Counted from the first letter of the stretch, positions 1 to 9,813 are shown. The stretch: DNA of 64,000 nucleotides from Candidatus Fervidifonticultor secundus (GCA_031459385.1 JAVKIP010000004.1:104708-168707), one strand, 5' to 3'. Numbers and translations are program-made. The notes: generated by a model not told the origin, from the letters alone.

Positions 1-411
1 CGCTTCGTCGCCCTGCGCGTGCGGCTGGCGCGCACGCCGCCGCAGATCGCCGCGGCCCGCCGCGACCCCGCCGAGATGACGATCCGCGAGCTGCGCGACC
101 AGATCGCCCGCCTGCGCGCGACCGGCGAGAACGTCGCCCGCTATGCGGTGAACCTGCATGCGAAGGTCGCCCTGCCCCTGTCCGCCGCGATCTTCGCCCT
201 GCTGGCGGTGCCGCTGGGGCTGCGGCCGCACCGGTCGGGTCGCTCGGTGGGCCTGGGGCTGACGATCCTGATCCTGCTCGTCTACTACTTTGCCCTGTCC
301 ATGACCATCACCCTGGGCGAGCGCGGGCGCCTCCAGGCGTTCTGGGCGGCATGGACCCCCAACCTGATCGTGGCCGCCGCTGGCGTGCTGCTCCTGTGGC
401 GGGCGCGCTGA
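1..411 (+). CDS. LptF/LptG family LPS export permease, C-terminal part (5' truncated by window)
   Basis: 'PAEMTIREL...LHAKVALPLSAAIFALLAVPLG...WAAWTPNLI' is typical of the LptF/G C-terminus; the frame is open from position 1. Confidence 0.88.
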   Translation, partial: RFVALRVRLARTPPQIAAARRDPAEMTIRELRDQIARLRATGENVARYAVNLHAKVALPLSAAIFALLAVPLGLRPHRSGRSVGLGLTILILLVYYFALSMTITLGERGRLQAFWAAWTPNLIVAAAGVLLLWRAR

Positions 412-457
412 GCGGCCCCGCGGGGGCATCCCCGCGGGCGGCGGGGGCCTGCGGCCG

Positions 458-2083
458 ATGAGCGGCGGCGAGTGCCGGCAGATGCTGGCCGTCACGCTGG
501 CCGCGCTCCTGCTCTTCACCTACGGGCTCGGCGCGGGCAGCCTGTGGGACCAGGACGAGGCCAAATACACGCAGGTGGCCGCGGAGATGCTGGCCACGGG
601 CGACTGGTGGACGCTGCGCTGGAACGGCGAGCCGTGGTTCGTGCACCCGCCGCTGTTCATGTGGCTCCAGGCCGCCACGGCGCGTCTCGTCGGTCTGACC
701 GAGGCCACGGCGCGCTGGTGGTCGGCGGTTTCCCAGGCCGTGGTCGTGGGCGTGACCTCCCTGCTGGGTCGTCTGCTCTACGATGCCCGGACAGGGTGGC
801 TGGCCGCTGCGGTTGCGGCCACCATGTTGCAGATGGTCGTGCAGGCCCGGCTCGCGGTCTTCGACCCCACCCTGCTGGCCGGCATGCTGGCCGCACTCTA
901 CATGGGTCTGGTGGCCCACGCCACGGCCAGCCGCCGCGCCCAGCACTGGGCCTGGGCGTGGGCGGGGCTGGCCACCTCGGCCAAAGGGCCCATCGGCCTG
1001 CTCCTGCCCGCCGTGGTCTTGGTGGCGCTGGGCATGCGCGCCAGGCGCCTGGGCATCTGGCGCGCGTCGCTCGTCACGGGCCCGTTGCTCTACGCCGCAG
1101 TGGGCCTGCCCTGGTATGTCGTCGAGACCGTCCGGCACGGCTGGACGTTCCTCCGCCCGGTAGTCGGCTACTACCTGATCACGCGATTCGTCGGCGTGGT
1201 CGAGGAGCAGCCCGGCCCGTGGTGGTACTACGCGCCGGTGCTGGCCGCCGGCGCGTTCCCCTGGACGGCGCTGGCGCTGCCCGCGGGGGTCTATCTGGCG
1301 CGCCGGGCGTCCGCCTCCCACCAGGTGATCCTGCTGTGGGTGGGGCTGGTGGTGGTCTTCTACTCCATCGCGGGCACGAAGCTGCCCAACTACGTGCTCC
1401 CGGTCTACCCCGTGCTCGCCATCGGCATCGCGCGCTTCTGCCTGGATGCCCTCGCCGACGCGCCCGGTACGCGCCGCCTCTTCCAGGTGTCGGTGGGGCT
1501 CCTCGTCGCCACTGCCGTCTTCCTCGTCGTCGGCCTGCTCGCCTTCGGGGCGCGGCAGTACCCCGCAGAGACCGCGGCGCTGCTCCCGGCGCTGCTGCCG
1601 GCCCTGGCGGTGCTGGCCGCAGGCCCCCTGAGCGCGGCGCTGCTGGCCATCCTCGGAAGCCGGCGGGCGGCGCTATGCGCGCTCCTGCTGACCATGGTCG
1701 TGGCCACCCCGGTGCTGGTGCACGTCACCCTGCCGGCTGTCGAGCGGCAGCGCCCGATCCCTCGCCTGGCCGCCCTCCTGCGCGGGCAGATGCAGCCGGG
1801 CGATGCGCTCGCCGCGGTGCAGATGCGCACGACCCCGTCACTCGTCTACTACGCGGGCACGCGGGTGCAGTTCCTGCGCACGCGCGACGACCTCGCGCAG
1901 GCGCTGTGCGCCCACTCCCGGCTGTTCGTCGTCGTCCCCGACGGGCTGTACCGCTCCTGGTTCGCCGCCGGGCTACCTCCCGACGTGCGCACCGTCGGAC
2001 AGGAGGGAACCTATCGCTTGTTGCGGAAGGACGGCCCGGCGCCCTGCGCCGGCACGCGGCCCGCCTCCCCGCCCCGCCCGTAG
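458..2083 (+). CDS. ArnT/PMT-like GT-C membrane glycosyltransferase
   Basis: 'LWDQDEAKY...EML...GDW...WNGEPWFVHPPLFMW', 'KGPIG', 'KLPNYVLP'; multi-TM. Start could be 482. Confidence 0.85.
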   Translation: MSGGECRQMLAVTLAALLLFTYGLGAGSLWDQDEAKYTQVAAEMLATGDWWTLRWNGEPWFVHPPLFMWLQAATARLVGLTEATARWWSAVSQAVVVGVTSLLGRLLYDARTGWLAAAVAATMLQMVVQARLAVFDPTLLAGMLAALYMGLVAHATASRRAQHWAWAWAGLATSAKGPIGLLLPAVVLVALGMRARRLGIWRASLVTGPLLYAAVGLPWYVVETVRHGWTFLRPVVGYYLITRFVGVVEEQPGPWWYYAPVLAAGAFPWTALALPAGVYLARRASASHQVILLWVGLVVVFYSIAGTKLPNYVLPVYPVLAIGIARFCLDALADAPGTRRLFQVSVGLLVATAVFLVVGLLAFGARQYPAETAALLPALLPALAVLAAGPLSAALLAILGSRRAALCALLLTMVVATPVLVHVTLPAVERQRPIPRLAALLRGQMQPGDALAAVQMRTTPSLVYYAGTRVQFLRTRDDLAQALCAHSRLFVVVPDGLYRSWFAAGLPPDVRTVGQEGTYRLLRKDGPAPCAGTRPASPPRP

Positions 2084-2131
2084 CCTGCGGGGGCAGCGGC
2101 GCAGCGTCTGGCGGCGGGGCGGGGAGGCGCA

Positions 2132-3040
2132 GTGGAGTCCGGGCTGATCTTGATCCCCATCCTGATCCTGGCGGGCGGTGCGATCGCCTATGTGGGCAAC
2201 GTCGTCGGCCGGACCACCGGCCGGCGGCGGTTGACCCTCTTCGGCCTGCGGCCCCGGCATACGGCGCAGGTGATCACCGTCGCCACCGGCGTGCTCACCA
2301 CCGTGGTCACCGTCGTGGCGATCCTGCTGGCGTCCAGCGACGCGCGCACAGGCCTGTTCCACCTGAACGCGCTGCGCGAGCAGATCCGGCAGGCCGAGGC
2401 CCGGCTCGAGCAGATCAAGCAGGGAGACATCGCCTACCTCCGCGCCCAGGAGGTGCTGCGGGAGGTCATCGACGGTCGGCGGCCGGTGGAAGAGATCCAG
2501 GCGCGGCTGGACGCCATGCGCCTGCGCGCCGTGGACCTGGCCGTGGCCAAAGGCATCGCCCCGGATCTCGTCAGCGGCGCGGTGCTCTTCCTCGACCCGC
2601 CCAACGTCACGTGGGAGGCGATCGCCCGCCTGGTCGCGAGCCGGCGCGGCGAGACCATCGTGCGCATCGTCGCGGCTGAGAACACTCTGCGAGGCGAGGC
2701 GCTCCGGGTCTTCGTCATGCGACATGACCGCACGCTGGCGTATCGGGCGGGCACGCGCCTGGGCAGCGGGGTCATCGATGGACGGGTCGGCCGCGAACGC
2801 GTGGGCCTCGAGCTCCTGGCTCTGGTGGATCGGGTGACCGAAGGCGCGGCGTCCAGGCTGCTGTCCCCGCCGTTCGCACGCATCACCGACCCGCCCCCGA
2901 CCCAGGTGGACGTGGACGAGCACCGCCGCGCCGTGACCGAGATCCTACGCCGGGGCGGCGAGGTGCGCGTCGACGTCGTCGTCCGACGCGATGTGACCAC
3001 CGAGATGCCGCTCGTCGTGGGCTTCGCGCTGAGCCCCTGA
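2132..3040 (+). CDS. DUF3084 domain-containing protein
   Basis: 'GGAIAYVGNVVGR..GRRRLTLFGLRPRHTA.VIT..TG' signature; GGAGG RBS before GTG. Confidence 0.85.
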   Translation: MESGLILIPILILAGGAIAYVGNVVGRTTGRRRLTLFGLRPRHTAQVITVATGVLTTVVTVVAILLASSDARTGLFHLNALREQIRQAEARLEQIKQGDIAYLRAQEVLREVIDGRRPVEEIQARLDAMRLRAVDLAVAKGIAPDLVSGAVLFLDPPNVTWEAIARLVASRRGETIVRIVAAENTLRGEALRVFVMRHDRTLAYRAGTRLGSGVIDGRVGRERVGLELLALVDRVTEGAASRLLSPPFARITDPPPTQVDVDEHRRAVTEILRRGGEVRVDVVVRRDVTTEMPLVVGFALSP

Positions 3041-3117
3041 GCGCACCGGCCGCGCCGCCGGCAGGAGGCGGGGGGCCGAGGGCGAAGAGAGAAAGTAAGA
3101 TCAACCGCATAGCGAGC

Positions 3118-3309
3118 GGCGCAGGTGGACGGGGGAACGTGTGGGGTGTCCCCGTCAGAATAGGGAAGTCCGGTGATCCCGGCTTTGGGAGAAGCCGGCG
3201 CGGTCCCGCCGCTGTGACGGAGAGTCCGGCAGCCGCACGTGCCACTGGGAGGAGTCCCGGGAAGGCCGGCTGCGGGCGATGACCCGAAGCCAGAAGACCT
3301 GCCTGCGCC
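3118..3309 (+). ncRNA. Cobalamin (B12) riboswitch
   Basis: P1 ggcgcaggt/gcctgcgcc; conserved AATAGGGAAgtcCGGTG, CCCGCCgCTGTG, GCCACTG...GGGAAG and AGCCAGAAGACCTGCC; directly upstream of a TonB receptor. Confidence 0.95.
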
Positions 3310-3348
3310 CATGCCGCACGCCTTCGAGGCAGAGGAGGTGGGCAGGAG

Positions 3349-5193
3349 GTGTGTCTCTCCCGTTGCGTGGCGGCCCGCGGGGCCGCCGTGTTCGTTTTCG
3401 TGACGTCGCTCGCCGGCGCGCCGCAGCCCGTGGCAGCGGTGGCGTTGCAGGAGCCCCCGGTCTTCGAGTTGCCCGACGTGGTGGCGCCGGGTCGTCGCCT
3501 CCAGCCACGCACTGCGACGCCGGCGAACGTCTCGGTGCTGACCGCCGCCGATCTCGCCCGCCTGGGCGTGCGCACCGTCGGCGAGGCGCTGGCCTACCTG
3601 CCCGAGGTCTACGTGCGCAGCCTGGGCGGGCCGGGCGCGCTGCAGGAGATCAGCATCCGCGGCACCAGCTCCGCCCACACGTTGGTGCTGCTGGACGGTG
3701 TGCCGCTCAACAGCCCGGCGCAGGGGCTGGCCCAGCTCAACACCATTCCCGTCGACATCGTCGAGCGCATCGAGGTGCTGCGCGGGCCGTTCTCCGCCAT
3801 CTATGGCAGCGGCGCGCTCGGCGGCGTCGTGCGCATCGTCACGCGTCGCGCGCCGGGGGGGGCAGCCCGCGCGGGCGCCGGGACCCAGGGCAGCGCGCAC
3901 GCCATCACGACCTGGGGGTGGCGGCGGGACGGCGCCGGCGTGCGCCTGGACGCGGTGCACGATCGCAGCCAGGGCTTCCGCCCCAACAGTGACTACGCCG
4001 GGTCGACGCTCGCCGGGCGGCTCACCCTCGATCTGGGCACGGGCCGCACCTTCTCCCTCGGCCTCTCGCAGTTCTGGGCCGACCAGGGCGTGCCGGGTTC
4101 CACGGCGTTCCCCTCGCCCCTGGCCCGCCAGCAGAGCGGCCGGACGGCGCTCGATGCCGTCTGGCGGCTGGAGGGGCCGGCCGACCACCGCCGCACGCTG
4201 CGCGCCTGGGGCCTCGCCGACGACATCACGTTCACCGATCCGGCCTTCGCCGCAACGACCCGCACGCGCGCCACCGCCCTGGGGCTCGAGGGGCAGGCGA
4301 TCCGCTCGCTGTCGGCCGCTCACGTGGTCACCGTCGGGTGGGAGGTGCAGCGGCACGCCGTGGAGATGCAGTCGAGCTCGCTGTTCGGCACGAGCGCGCT
4401 GGTCCGGGACGCCTGGGTGGGCGCCCTCTACGTCGCGAGCGACCGCACCCTGGATCCGGCGACCCTGCTGTCGGGCGGCCTGCGGGTCGACCTCCACAGC
4501 GTCTACGGCAGTCAGCTCAACCCCCGCGTCGGGCTGGTCCGCCAGCTGGACGATCGGACCGTGCTGCGGGCTGCGGTGGGCCACACGTTCCGCGGCCCCT
4601 CGTTCCTGCTGTTGTTCTTCCCGGGGTGCAGCAACCCGGCGCTGGCCCCGGAGCGCGCCTGGGCGGCTGACGCAGGCCTCGAACGCACGCTGGCCCCGGG
4701 ACTGGTGGGGCGGCTCGTGGCATACGCCACGGTGGCCACCGATCTGATCCGGCCCGGCTGCCCGCCCGTCAACGTCGACCGCGCCACGATCGTCGGCGCC
4801 TCTGCCGAGCTCGAGGGCCGGCTGGCACCCGCGCTCGCGCTGCGCGCGCACGTCACCACTACCAACGGTCGCGACGGCGCCGGCGGCGCCCTGATCCGCG
4901 TGCCGGCCTGGAGCGCCGCCGCCACGCTGCACTGGACGGTCCGGCCGCAGACGACGCTGAGCCTGCTGGCACTCTACGCCGGTGCGCGGCCCGACCTCGA
5001 CTTCTCCACGTTTCCCGCCACGCCCGTCGTGCTGCCGGCCTACACCGTGCTCGGCCTGCGCTACACGCTGGCGACCGGCGCCGGCACGTGGCAGCTGGGC
5101 GTCGACAACCTGCTGGACGCGCCGTATGAGCCGGTGGCGGGCTTTCCGGCGCCCGGTCGGACGGTCTTCGTGTCGTACGCGACCAGCTTCTGA
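3349..5193 (+). CDS. btuB: TonB-dependent receptor, probable cobalamin receptor (BtuB-like)
   Basis: Plug motifs 'ISIRG...HTLVLLDGVP...ERIEVLRGPFSAIYGSGALGGVV'; C-terminal 'DNLLD.PYE...PGRTVFVSYATSF'; B12 riboswitch upstream. Confidence 0.85.
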   Translation: MCLSRCVAARGAAVFVFVTSLAGAPQPVAAVALQEPPVFELPDVVAPGRRLQPRTATPANVSVLTAADLARLGVRTVGEALAYLPEVYVRSLGGPGALQEISIRGTSSAHTLVLLDGVPLNSPAQGLAQLNTIPVDIVERIEVLRGPFSAIYGSGALGGVVRIVTRRAPGGAARAGAGTQGSAHAITTWGWRRDGAGVRLDAVHDRSQGFRPNSDYAGSTLAGRLTLDLGTGRTFSLGLSQFWADQGVPGSTAFPSPLARQQSGRTALDAVWRLEGPADHRRTLRAWGLADDITFTDPAFAATTRTRATALGLEGQAIRSLSAAHVVTVGWEVQRHAVEMQSSSLFGTSALVRDAWVGALYVASDRTLDPATLLSGGLRVDLHSVYGSQLNPRVGLVRQLDDRTVLRAAVGHTFRGPSFLLLFFPGCSNPALAPERAWAADAGLERTLAPGLVGRLVAYATVATDLIRPGCPPVNVDRATIVGASAELEGRLAPALALRAHVTTTNGRDGAGGALIRVPAWSAAATLHWTVRPQTTLSLLALYAGARPDLDFSTFPATPVVLPAYTVLGLRYTLATGAGTWQLGVDNLLDAPYEPVAGFPAPGRTVFVSYATSF

Positions 5194-5334
5194 GGTCAGG
5201 CACCCCGTGCGCGTGGTGCGCACGCAAGGAGCCGCGCCCGGGCCTGGTCGAATTGCACAGCGAGATCGTCCGGCGGCGGGTGCGGCCGCGTGGCGTGCCG
5301 GCTGTTCGGATCGCGCTGAACCGGGAGGACGCAG

Positions 5335-5862
5335 ATGCACAGACGGTGGATCGTCATCGCGGGGTTGATCGCCGCTGCGGCCGCGAGCCGGCTGCTGCCC
5401 CACCCGCCCAACGCCACGCCCATCGCGGCGATGGCGCTGTTCGGCGGCGCGCACCTGGCCGACCGGCGGCTGGCGCTCCTGCTGCCGCTGGCCGCCATGC
5501 TCGCCAGCGACCTGGTGCTGGGGCTCCACGCCCTGCTGCCGGTGGTCTACGGCGCGTTCGCGCTGATCGTCTGGATCGGCACACGCCTGGCCGGGCGCAT
5601 CACGCCGGTGCGCGTGGCGGGCGCGACCCTGGCGGGATCGGTGCTCTTCTTCGTCGTCACCAACGTCGGCGTGTGGGCGCTGGGCGGGCTCTATCCGCGC
5701 ACGGCGGCCGGGCTCGTCGCCGCGTACGTGGCGGCGGTGCCGTTCTTCCGGAACATGCTGCTCGGTGATGCTGCGTATGCGCTGCTCCTCTTCGGCGGCT
5801 ACGCGCTGCTGGAGCGGACGCTGGCGACCGCCCCGCATCCCGCGCAGGCCGATCGGACCTGA
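5335..5862 (+). CDS. DUF6580 family putative transport protein (S-component-like membrane protein)
   Basis: 'SRLLPHPPNATPIAAMALFGGA...GSVLFFVVTN...Y.AAVPFFRN'; about 5-6 TM segments; GGAGG RBS. Confidence 0.75.
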   Translation: MHRRWIVIAGLIAAAAASRLLPHPPNATPIAAMALFGGAHLADRRLALLLPLAAMLASDLVLGLHALLPVVYGAFALIVWIGTRLAGRITPVRVAGATLAGSVLFFVVTNVGVWALGGLYPRTAAGLVAAYVAAVPFFRNMLLGDAAYALLLFGGYALLERTLATAPHPAQADRT

Positions 5863-6812
5863 TGGGACCACGGCTCCCCGTGCTGCTGCTCGTCGCAGGT
5901 CTGGGGGCTGCGGTCGCGGGCATGCGTCCGACCGCGCCGCAGCGGCCGTGGCCGCCGGCGGCGGGCCAGACTCCCATCCCGGTTGGATCTCCCCGGGGCG
6001 GGATGGCGACATCCGGCGCCGGACCGACCGCCGTCGAGGAGGCGGGCCTGCGCGGCGAGACGTCGGCCGTGGGCCCGTCCTCCGACGCCGCGCCACCCCG
6101 ACCCCTGGTCGCCACACGGCCCCGCCCGCGGGCGGGCAGCGCGCGACGTGTGGTTCCCCCGGTGCCGCAGCGGCTGGCGGCAGCGCAGGCCCGGGCCCAG
6201 CGCGCCACGACTGCCGCCACGCAGAGCCGGCCGGGGTCCACCCGGGACGCGCCGGCGCGGACCGCTCCCGCCGGGCCGATTCCACCGCAGGCGGCGCCTG
6301 GCCCGGCCGCCCGGCCGGGAGGGCATGCCGCCGACGCGGGCTCGACGCCCGGGCAGCCGGCTGGCGAGGCCGGGGCCACCGGGGCCTCCTCGGCGCCCGC
6401 GCCCGACGAGCCGGCATCGTCCGGTGGGCCTGCGCCTGCGCCGGTACCTGATATGCCGCCGGCGAGCCGCCCGCCAGCGGGCGCGCCGCGCGCGCCCACG
6501 CTCACGCCGCCGGTGCCGGTCGACCTGGCGCCGCCGCACTATCCCGGACCGTCCCGCATGGTCGTCGAGGCTCCCGGCGTGGTGGCATCGGCGCGCGTCG
6601 AGCCGGCCGATGCGCGCGTCCGGCTGCGGCTGGTCGTGCTGGCCGATGGCACCGTTGGGAGCGTGGCCGTCGCGCTGTCATCCGGCCGCGCCGACCTCGA
6701 CGCGGCCGCGCTGCGGGCCGCGCGCGCCTGGCGGTTCCTGCCGGCGCGCCGCGACGGTGTGCCCGTCGACAGCGTGGTGCTGATCTGGGTGCTGTTCACC
6801 GCCGCGCCCTGA
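5862..6812 (+). CDS. tonB: TonB energy transducer family protein
   Basis: N-terminal hydrophobic anchor, Pro/Ala-rich linker, TonB_C 'V.LRLVVLADGTV...SSGRADLDAAALRAARAWRFLPARRDG.PV'. Confidence 0.8.
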   Translation: MGPRLPVLLLVAGLGAAVAGMRPTAPQRPWPPAAGQTPIPVGSPRGGMATSGAGPTAVEEAGLRGETSAVGPSSDAAPPRPLVATRPRPRAGSARRVVPPVPQRLAAAQARAQRATTAATQSRPGSTRDAPARTAPAGPIPPQAAPGPAARPGGHAADAGSTPGQPAGEAGATGASSAPAPDEPASSGGPAPAPVPDMPPASRPPAGAPRAPTLTPPVPVDLAPPHYPGPSRMVVEAPGVVASARVEPADARVRLRLVVLADGTVGSVAVALSSGRADLDAAALRAARAWRFLPARRDGVPVDSVVLIWVLFTAAP

Positions 6813-6813
6813 G

Positions 6814-7239
6814 GTGTCCTCGCGCGTCGTCCTGGCGATCGACCCCGGACGGCAGAAGTGCGGGGTGGCCGTGTGCGCGCCGGGCCGCGTGCTGGCCAGG
6901 ACCGTGGTGGCCACGGAGCACCTGGCAGACCTCGTGCGCGAATGGAGCGGCCGCTTCGGCGTCACCGAGGTGGTGATCGGCGACCGCACCGGAGCAGCCG
7001 TCGTGGCGCGGATGGTGGCGGGCATCCTTACCGTGCCGCAGCGGCTCGTGGACGAGGCTGGCACGACGCTGCGCGCGCGGTTCCGGTACTTCGCCGAGCA
7101 TCCGCCGCGCGGCTGGCGCCGGCTGATCCCGCGCGGCCTGCAGATCCCGCCCAGGGCCTACGACGACTACGTCGCGGTGCTCCTGGCCGAGGCGGCCCTG
7201 GCCCAGGACGCGCCCCCCGGCGCGCACGGGAACGGATAG
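6814..7239 (+). CDS. YqgF/RuvX-like RNase H-fold nuclease
   Basis: 'VLAIDPGRQKCGVAV', 'VIGDRT', 'VDEAGTTLRAR.RYF', 'DDYVAVLLA'. Confidence 0.85.
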   Translation: MSSRVVLAIDPGRQKCGVAVCAPGRVLARTVVATEHLADLVREWSGRFGVTEVVIGDRTGAAVVARMVAGILTVPQRLVDEAGTTLRARFRYFAEHPPRGWRRLIPRGLQIPPRAYDDYVAVLLAEAALAQDAPPGAHGNG

Positions 7240-7319
7240 GACCGCGCGCGGCCGTGCGGTACACTGAGTGGGGTTTTGAGCCCCGTCGATTCGGCCGGCA
7301 GGCTCCAAGAGGCGACAGC

Positions 7320-8675
7320 ATGAGCGAGCGTGCACACTTCACGGCCCCGGTACTGCGGCGCCCTGCGGTACTGCAGCGCCCCGCGGCGCTGCTGCTTCTG
7401 GCCGCGGCCAGCGCGCTGGTAGCGACACAGGCGGGCGCGCAGGCACCGGTGCCCGCGGCGGCCCTGTGGTGGCTGGGCGGGGCGAACCTGCAACGCGTCA
7501 ACTTCACGCCGAAGCCGGGCGGGTTGACCGCCCCCCACGTCGCCTGGCGCCTGGCCTTCGAGACCACGGCATCGCCGGCGTCGGTCTCCCCGCCGGCGGC
7601 GGCGGACCTTGACGGCGACGGGCGCGTCGAGCTCGTCTACGGCGAGGGCGTGCGCGTGGTGGCCCTCGAGCCGCCGTTCCCCCGCCGCCGCTGGGAGTAC
7701 TCGGTCTACGAGATCCGCGGGTTGATCCTCATGCAGCCGGCCGTCCTCGACGTGGACGGCGACCGGCGGCCCGAAGTCTTCTTCGCGCCGTACCAGTCCG
7801 GCGGGAACTCGATGTTCTTCCGCCTCACCAGCCGCGGGCAGGTCGTCTGGAGCTTTCCGGTGCGGGCCTACACGAGCTACGCGAGCCCCGCCGTCGCCGA
7901 CCTCGACGGCACCGGCCGCTACACCGTGATCTTCGCCGACACGCAGGGCACGGTCTACGCGCTGGACGCGGCCACCGGACGGCCGCGGTGGACCTTCCCC
8001 ATGGGGGGGAGCGCCGACATGAACGCCGCTGCCGTCGTCGACCTGGACGGCGACGGCAGGCGCGAGATCGTCATCGGCAACCACGGCAACGGTCAGATCT
8101 ACGCCCTCGACAGCGAGGGCCGGCACCGCTGGGTCTACAACACCCACGGGTCGATCTATGGCGTCTCGGTCGACGACGCCGACGGCAACGGCGAGCTCGA
8201 GATCTACGCCGCCGACTGGAACGGCGCCGTGCACTCCCTGACGCCCCAGGGCCGGCTGCGCTGGACCTACAGGACCCCGGGCCCCGTGACCGCCTACAAC
8301 GGCCTCGCCATCGCCGACCTCAACGGCGATGGCGTCAAAGAGGTCGTCTTCGGCGTCCAGAACGGCTGGGTGGTGGCACTGTCGCCCGCGGGCCGGGTCG
8401 TCTGGCAGTTCCAGCGCCGCGGCCACATCAGCGGGTCGGTGATCGTCGCCGACTTTGACCGCGACGGCCAGCTGGAAGTCTTCGCGGGCAGCCACAGCGG
8501 AGCGGTCTACCTGCTGGCCGGCCGCACCGGCGCCCCCAAGTGGGAGCAGCAGCCCGGCGGCCGGATGGCCTACATGGGGATCACGGCCGAGGACCTCGAC
8601 GGCGACGGGCTCGTCGAGGTGCTGATCAACAACGACGAGCACCTCTACGCCTTCAGCCGGCCGCCGGCGCGCTGA
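7320..8675 (+). CDS. Secreted FG-GAP/PQQ-like beta-propeller protein
   Basis: Signal peptide (AGA-QA); eight DxDxDG-like repeats, most followed by 'YALD..G..RW'-type blades. Confidence 0.8.
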   Translation: MSERAHFTAPVLRRPAVLQRPAALLLLAAASALVATQAGAQAPVPAAALWWLGGANLQRVNFTPKPGGLTAPHVAWRLAFETTASPASVSPPAAADLDGDGRVELVYGEGVRVVALEPPFPRRRWEYSVYEIRGLILMQPAVLDVDGDRRPEVFFAPYQSGGNSMFFRLTSRGQVVWSFPVRAYTSYASPAVADLDGTGRYTVIFADTQGTVYALDAATGRPRWTFPMGGSADMNAAAVVDLDGDGRREIVIGNHGNGQIYALDSEGRHRWVYNTHGSIYGVSVDDADGNGELEIYAADWNGAVHSLTPQGRLRWTYRTPGPVTAYNGLAIADLNGDGVKEVVFGVQNGWVVALSPAGRVVWQFQRRGHISGSVIVADFDRDGQLEVFAGSHSGAVYLLAGRTGAPKWEQQPGGRMAYMGITAEDLDGDGLVEVLINNDEHLYAFSRPPAR

Positions 8676-8837
8676 GGGGCGCTGCGGGCGTCAGGACCGC
8701 GCGCCCTCTCCTGGAAGATACCGGGACGTCCGGCGGTGCGCCCGCGGCGAGCGCCTACTGTCGGGGCCCTCCCCGGGGTCGTCGTGCCTGTCAAGACCGT
8801 GCTGTGACCGCCCGAAGCCGCGGTTTCCGGACGCGCC

Positions 8838-9533
8838 CTACGTCGGGAACGATCGGTCGCGCAGCCAGCTCAGGGCGCCGGCTACCAGCGCGACGTAGAG
8901 GACCGCCAGGCCCGCGTACTGCGCCGGCCGCGGCAGGGCAAACAGGGGCGCGAACGGCCTGACCAGCGCCCGGGGAACCAGCGGGATCAGGAACGGCACG
9001 CGCTCCCGGTACGCCAGGTACCCCTCACCGAAGCGGCGCTCGTTCTCGCCCTCCTCGTGGATCATGAGGGCCAGGTAGGTACAGCACGCGGTCACGAAGG
9101 CGATGACCGAGATCGGCCGCACGCCGACCAGCGAGAACCCGGCCAGCCCCAGGAAGATCCCCAGGTACTGCGGGTGGCGGACCACGGCGTACGGCCCGGA
9201 GGTGACCAGGCCCAGGCGGCCGCGGACGCTGTAGAAGTAGGCGTACGACCCCAGGAAGACCACTAGCCCCAGGGCAATGAGCGCCAGCCCCGCGTAGAAC
9301 AGCATGACCCGCGTCTCCCGCGGCATCCAAATCGTATGGGTCACCAGCCAGCGGGTCTGCGGAAACCAGACGAACGGTGTCCACGGCGCGTAGATGGCCA
9401 CGAAGATGCCGACCGGCAGGAACATGTATCCCTGGATCACGAGCACCAGGCCCGGGGAGGCGAGAATGACCGGGGTCGCCTGGACCACGGCACGCCAGAT
9501 CTTGCGGATCGACATCGTGCAGTCACCCTGCAT
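8838..9533 (-). CDS. Isoprenylcysteine carboxylmethyltransferase/PEMT family membrane protein
   Basis: 'LVTSGPYAVVRHPQYLG', 'EE..NERRFGEGYLAYRERVPFLIP'; start may be 9515. Confidence 0.85.
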   Translation of the reverse strand: MQGDCTMSIRKIWRAVVQATPVILASPGLVLVIQGYMFLPVGIFVAIYAPWTPFVWFPQTRWLVTHTIWMPRETRVMLFYAGLALIALGLVVFLGSYAYFYSVRGRLGLVTSGPYAVVRHPQYLGIFLGLAGFSLVGVRPISVIAFVTACCTYLALMIHEEGENERRFGEGYLAYRERVPFLIPLVPRALVRPFAPLFALPRPAQYAGLAVLYVALVAGALSWLRDRSFPT

Positions 9534-9783
9534 GTGGAGTCGGGGAGCGCCCCGCCACGGGGAGGACGTATTCGGGAGCCAGCGGGGTCTTCCTCCCCGG
9601 CGACCCCCTGCCTGCTCGGGGAACCTGGGGTCGGCCAGGGGACGGCGCCAGGCGGGCCCGGGTGAGCGCGATGGGACGGGTCCCCTGCCTGTGGGCCGGG
9701 CGGGTCGCCACAGAGGAGTCTGGCCGCCCCTGTCGAAGGATAAGCATGGTTGTAGAGCCTGCGAGCCGCCCGATGCCGGAGCC

Positions 9784-9813
9784 TTGCCGAGAAAGGGGGC
9801 GGAACGCTAATGT
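9784..9813 (+). promoter_or_regulatory. Putative sigma70-type promoter for the SLH gene
   Basis: TTGCCG-N18-TAATGT in an AT-richer patch about 290 nt before the ATG. Confidence 0.4.

Noticed and set aside
7345..7400. Short ~18-bp imperfect tandem repeat (cggtactgc...)
   Set aside because: It only encodes a repeated signal-peptide n-region (PVLRR-PAVLQR-PAALLL), with no sign of a separate element.
8676..8837. Minus-strand TTGACA in the gap between convergent genes
   Set aside because: There is no -10 element at suitable spacing and no downstream gene or RNA evident.
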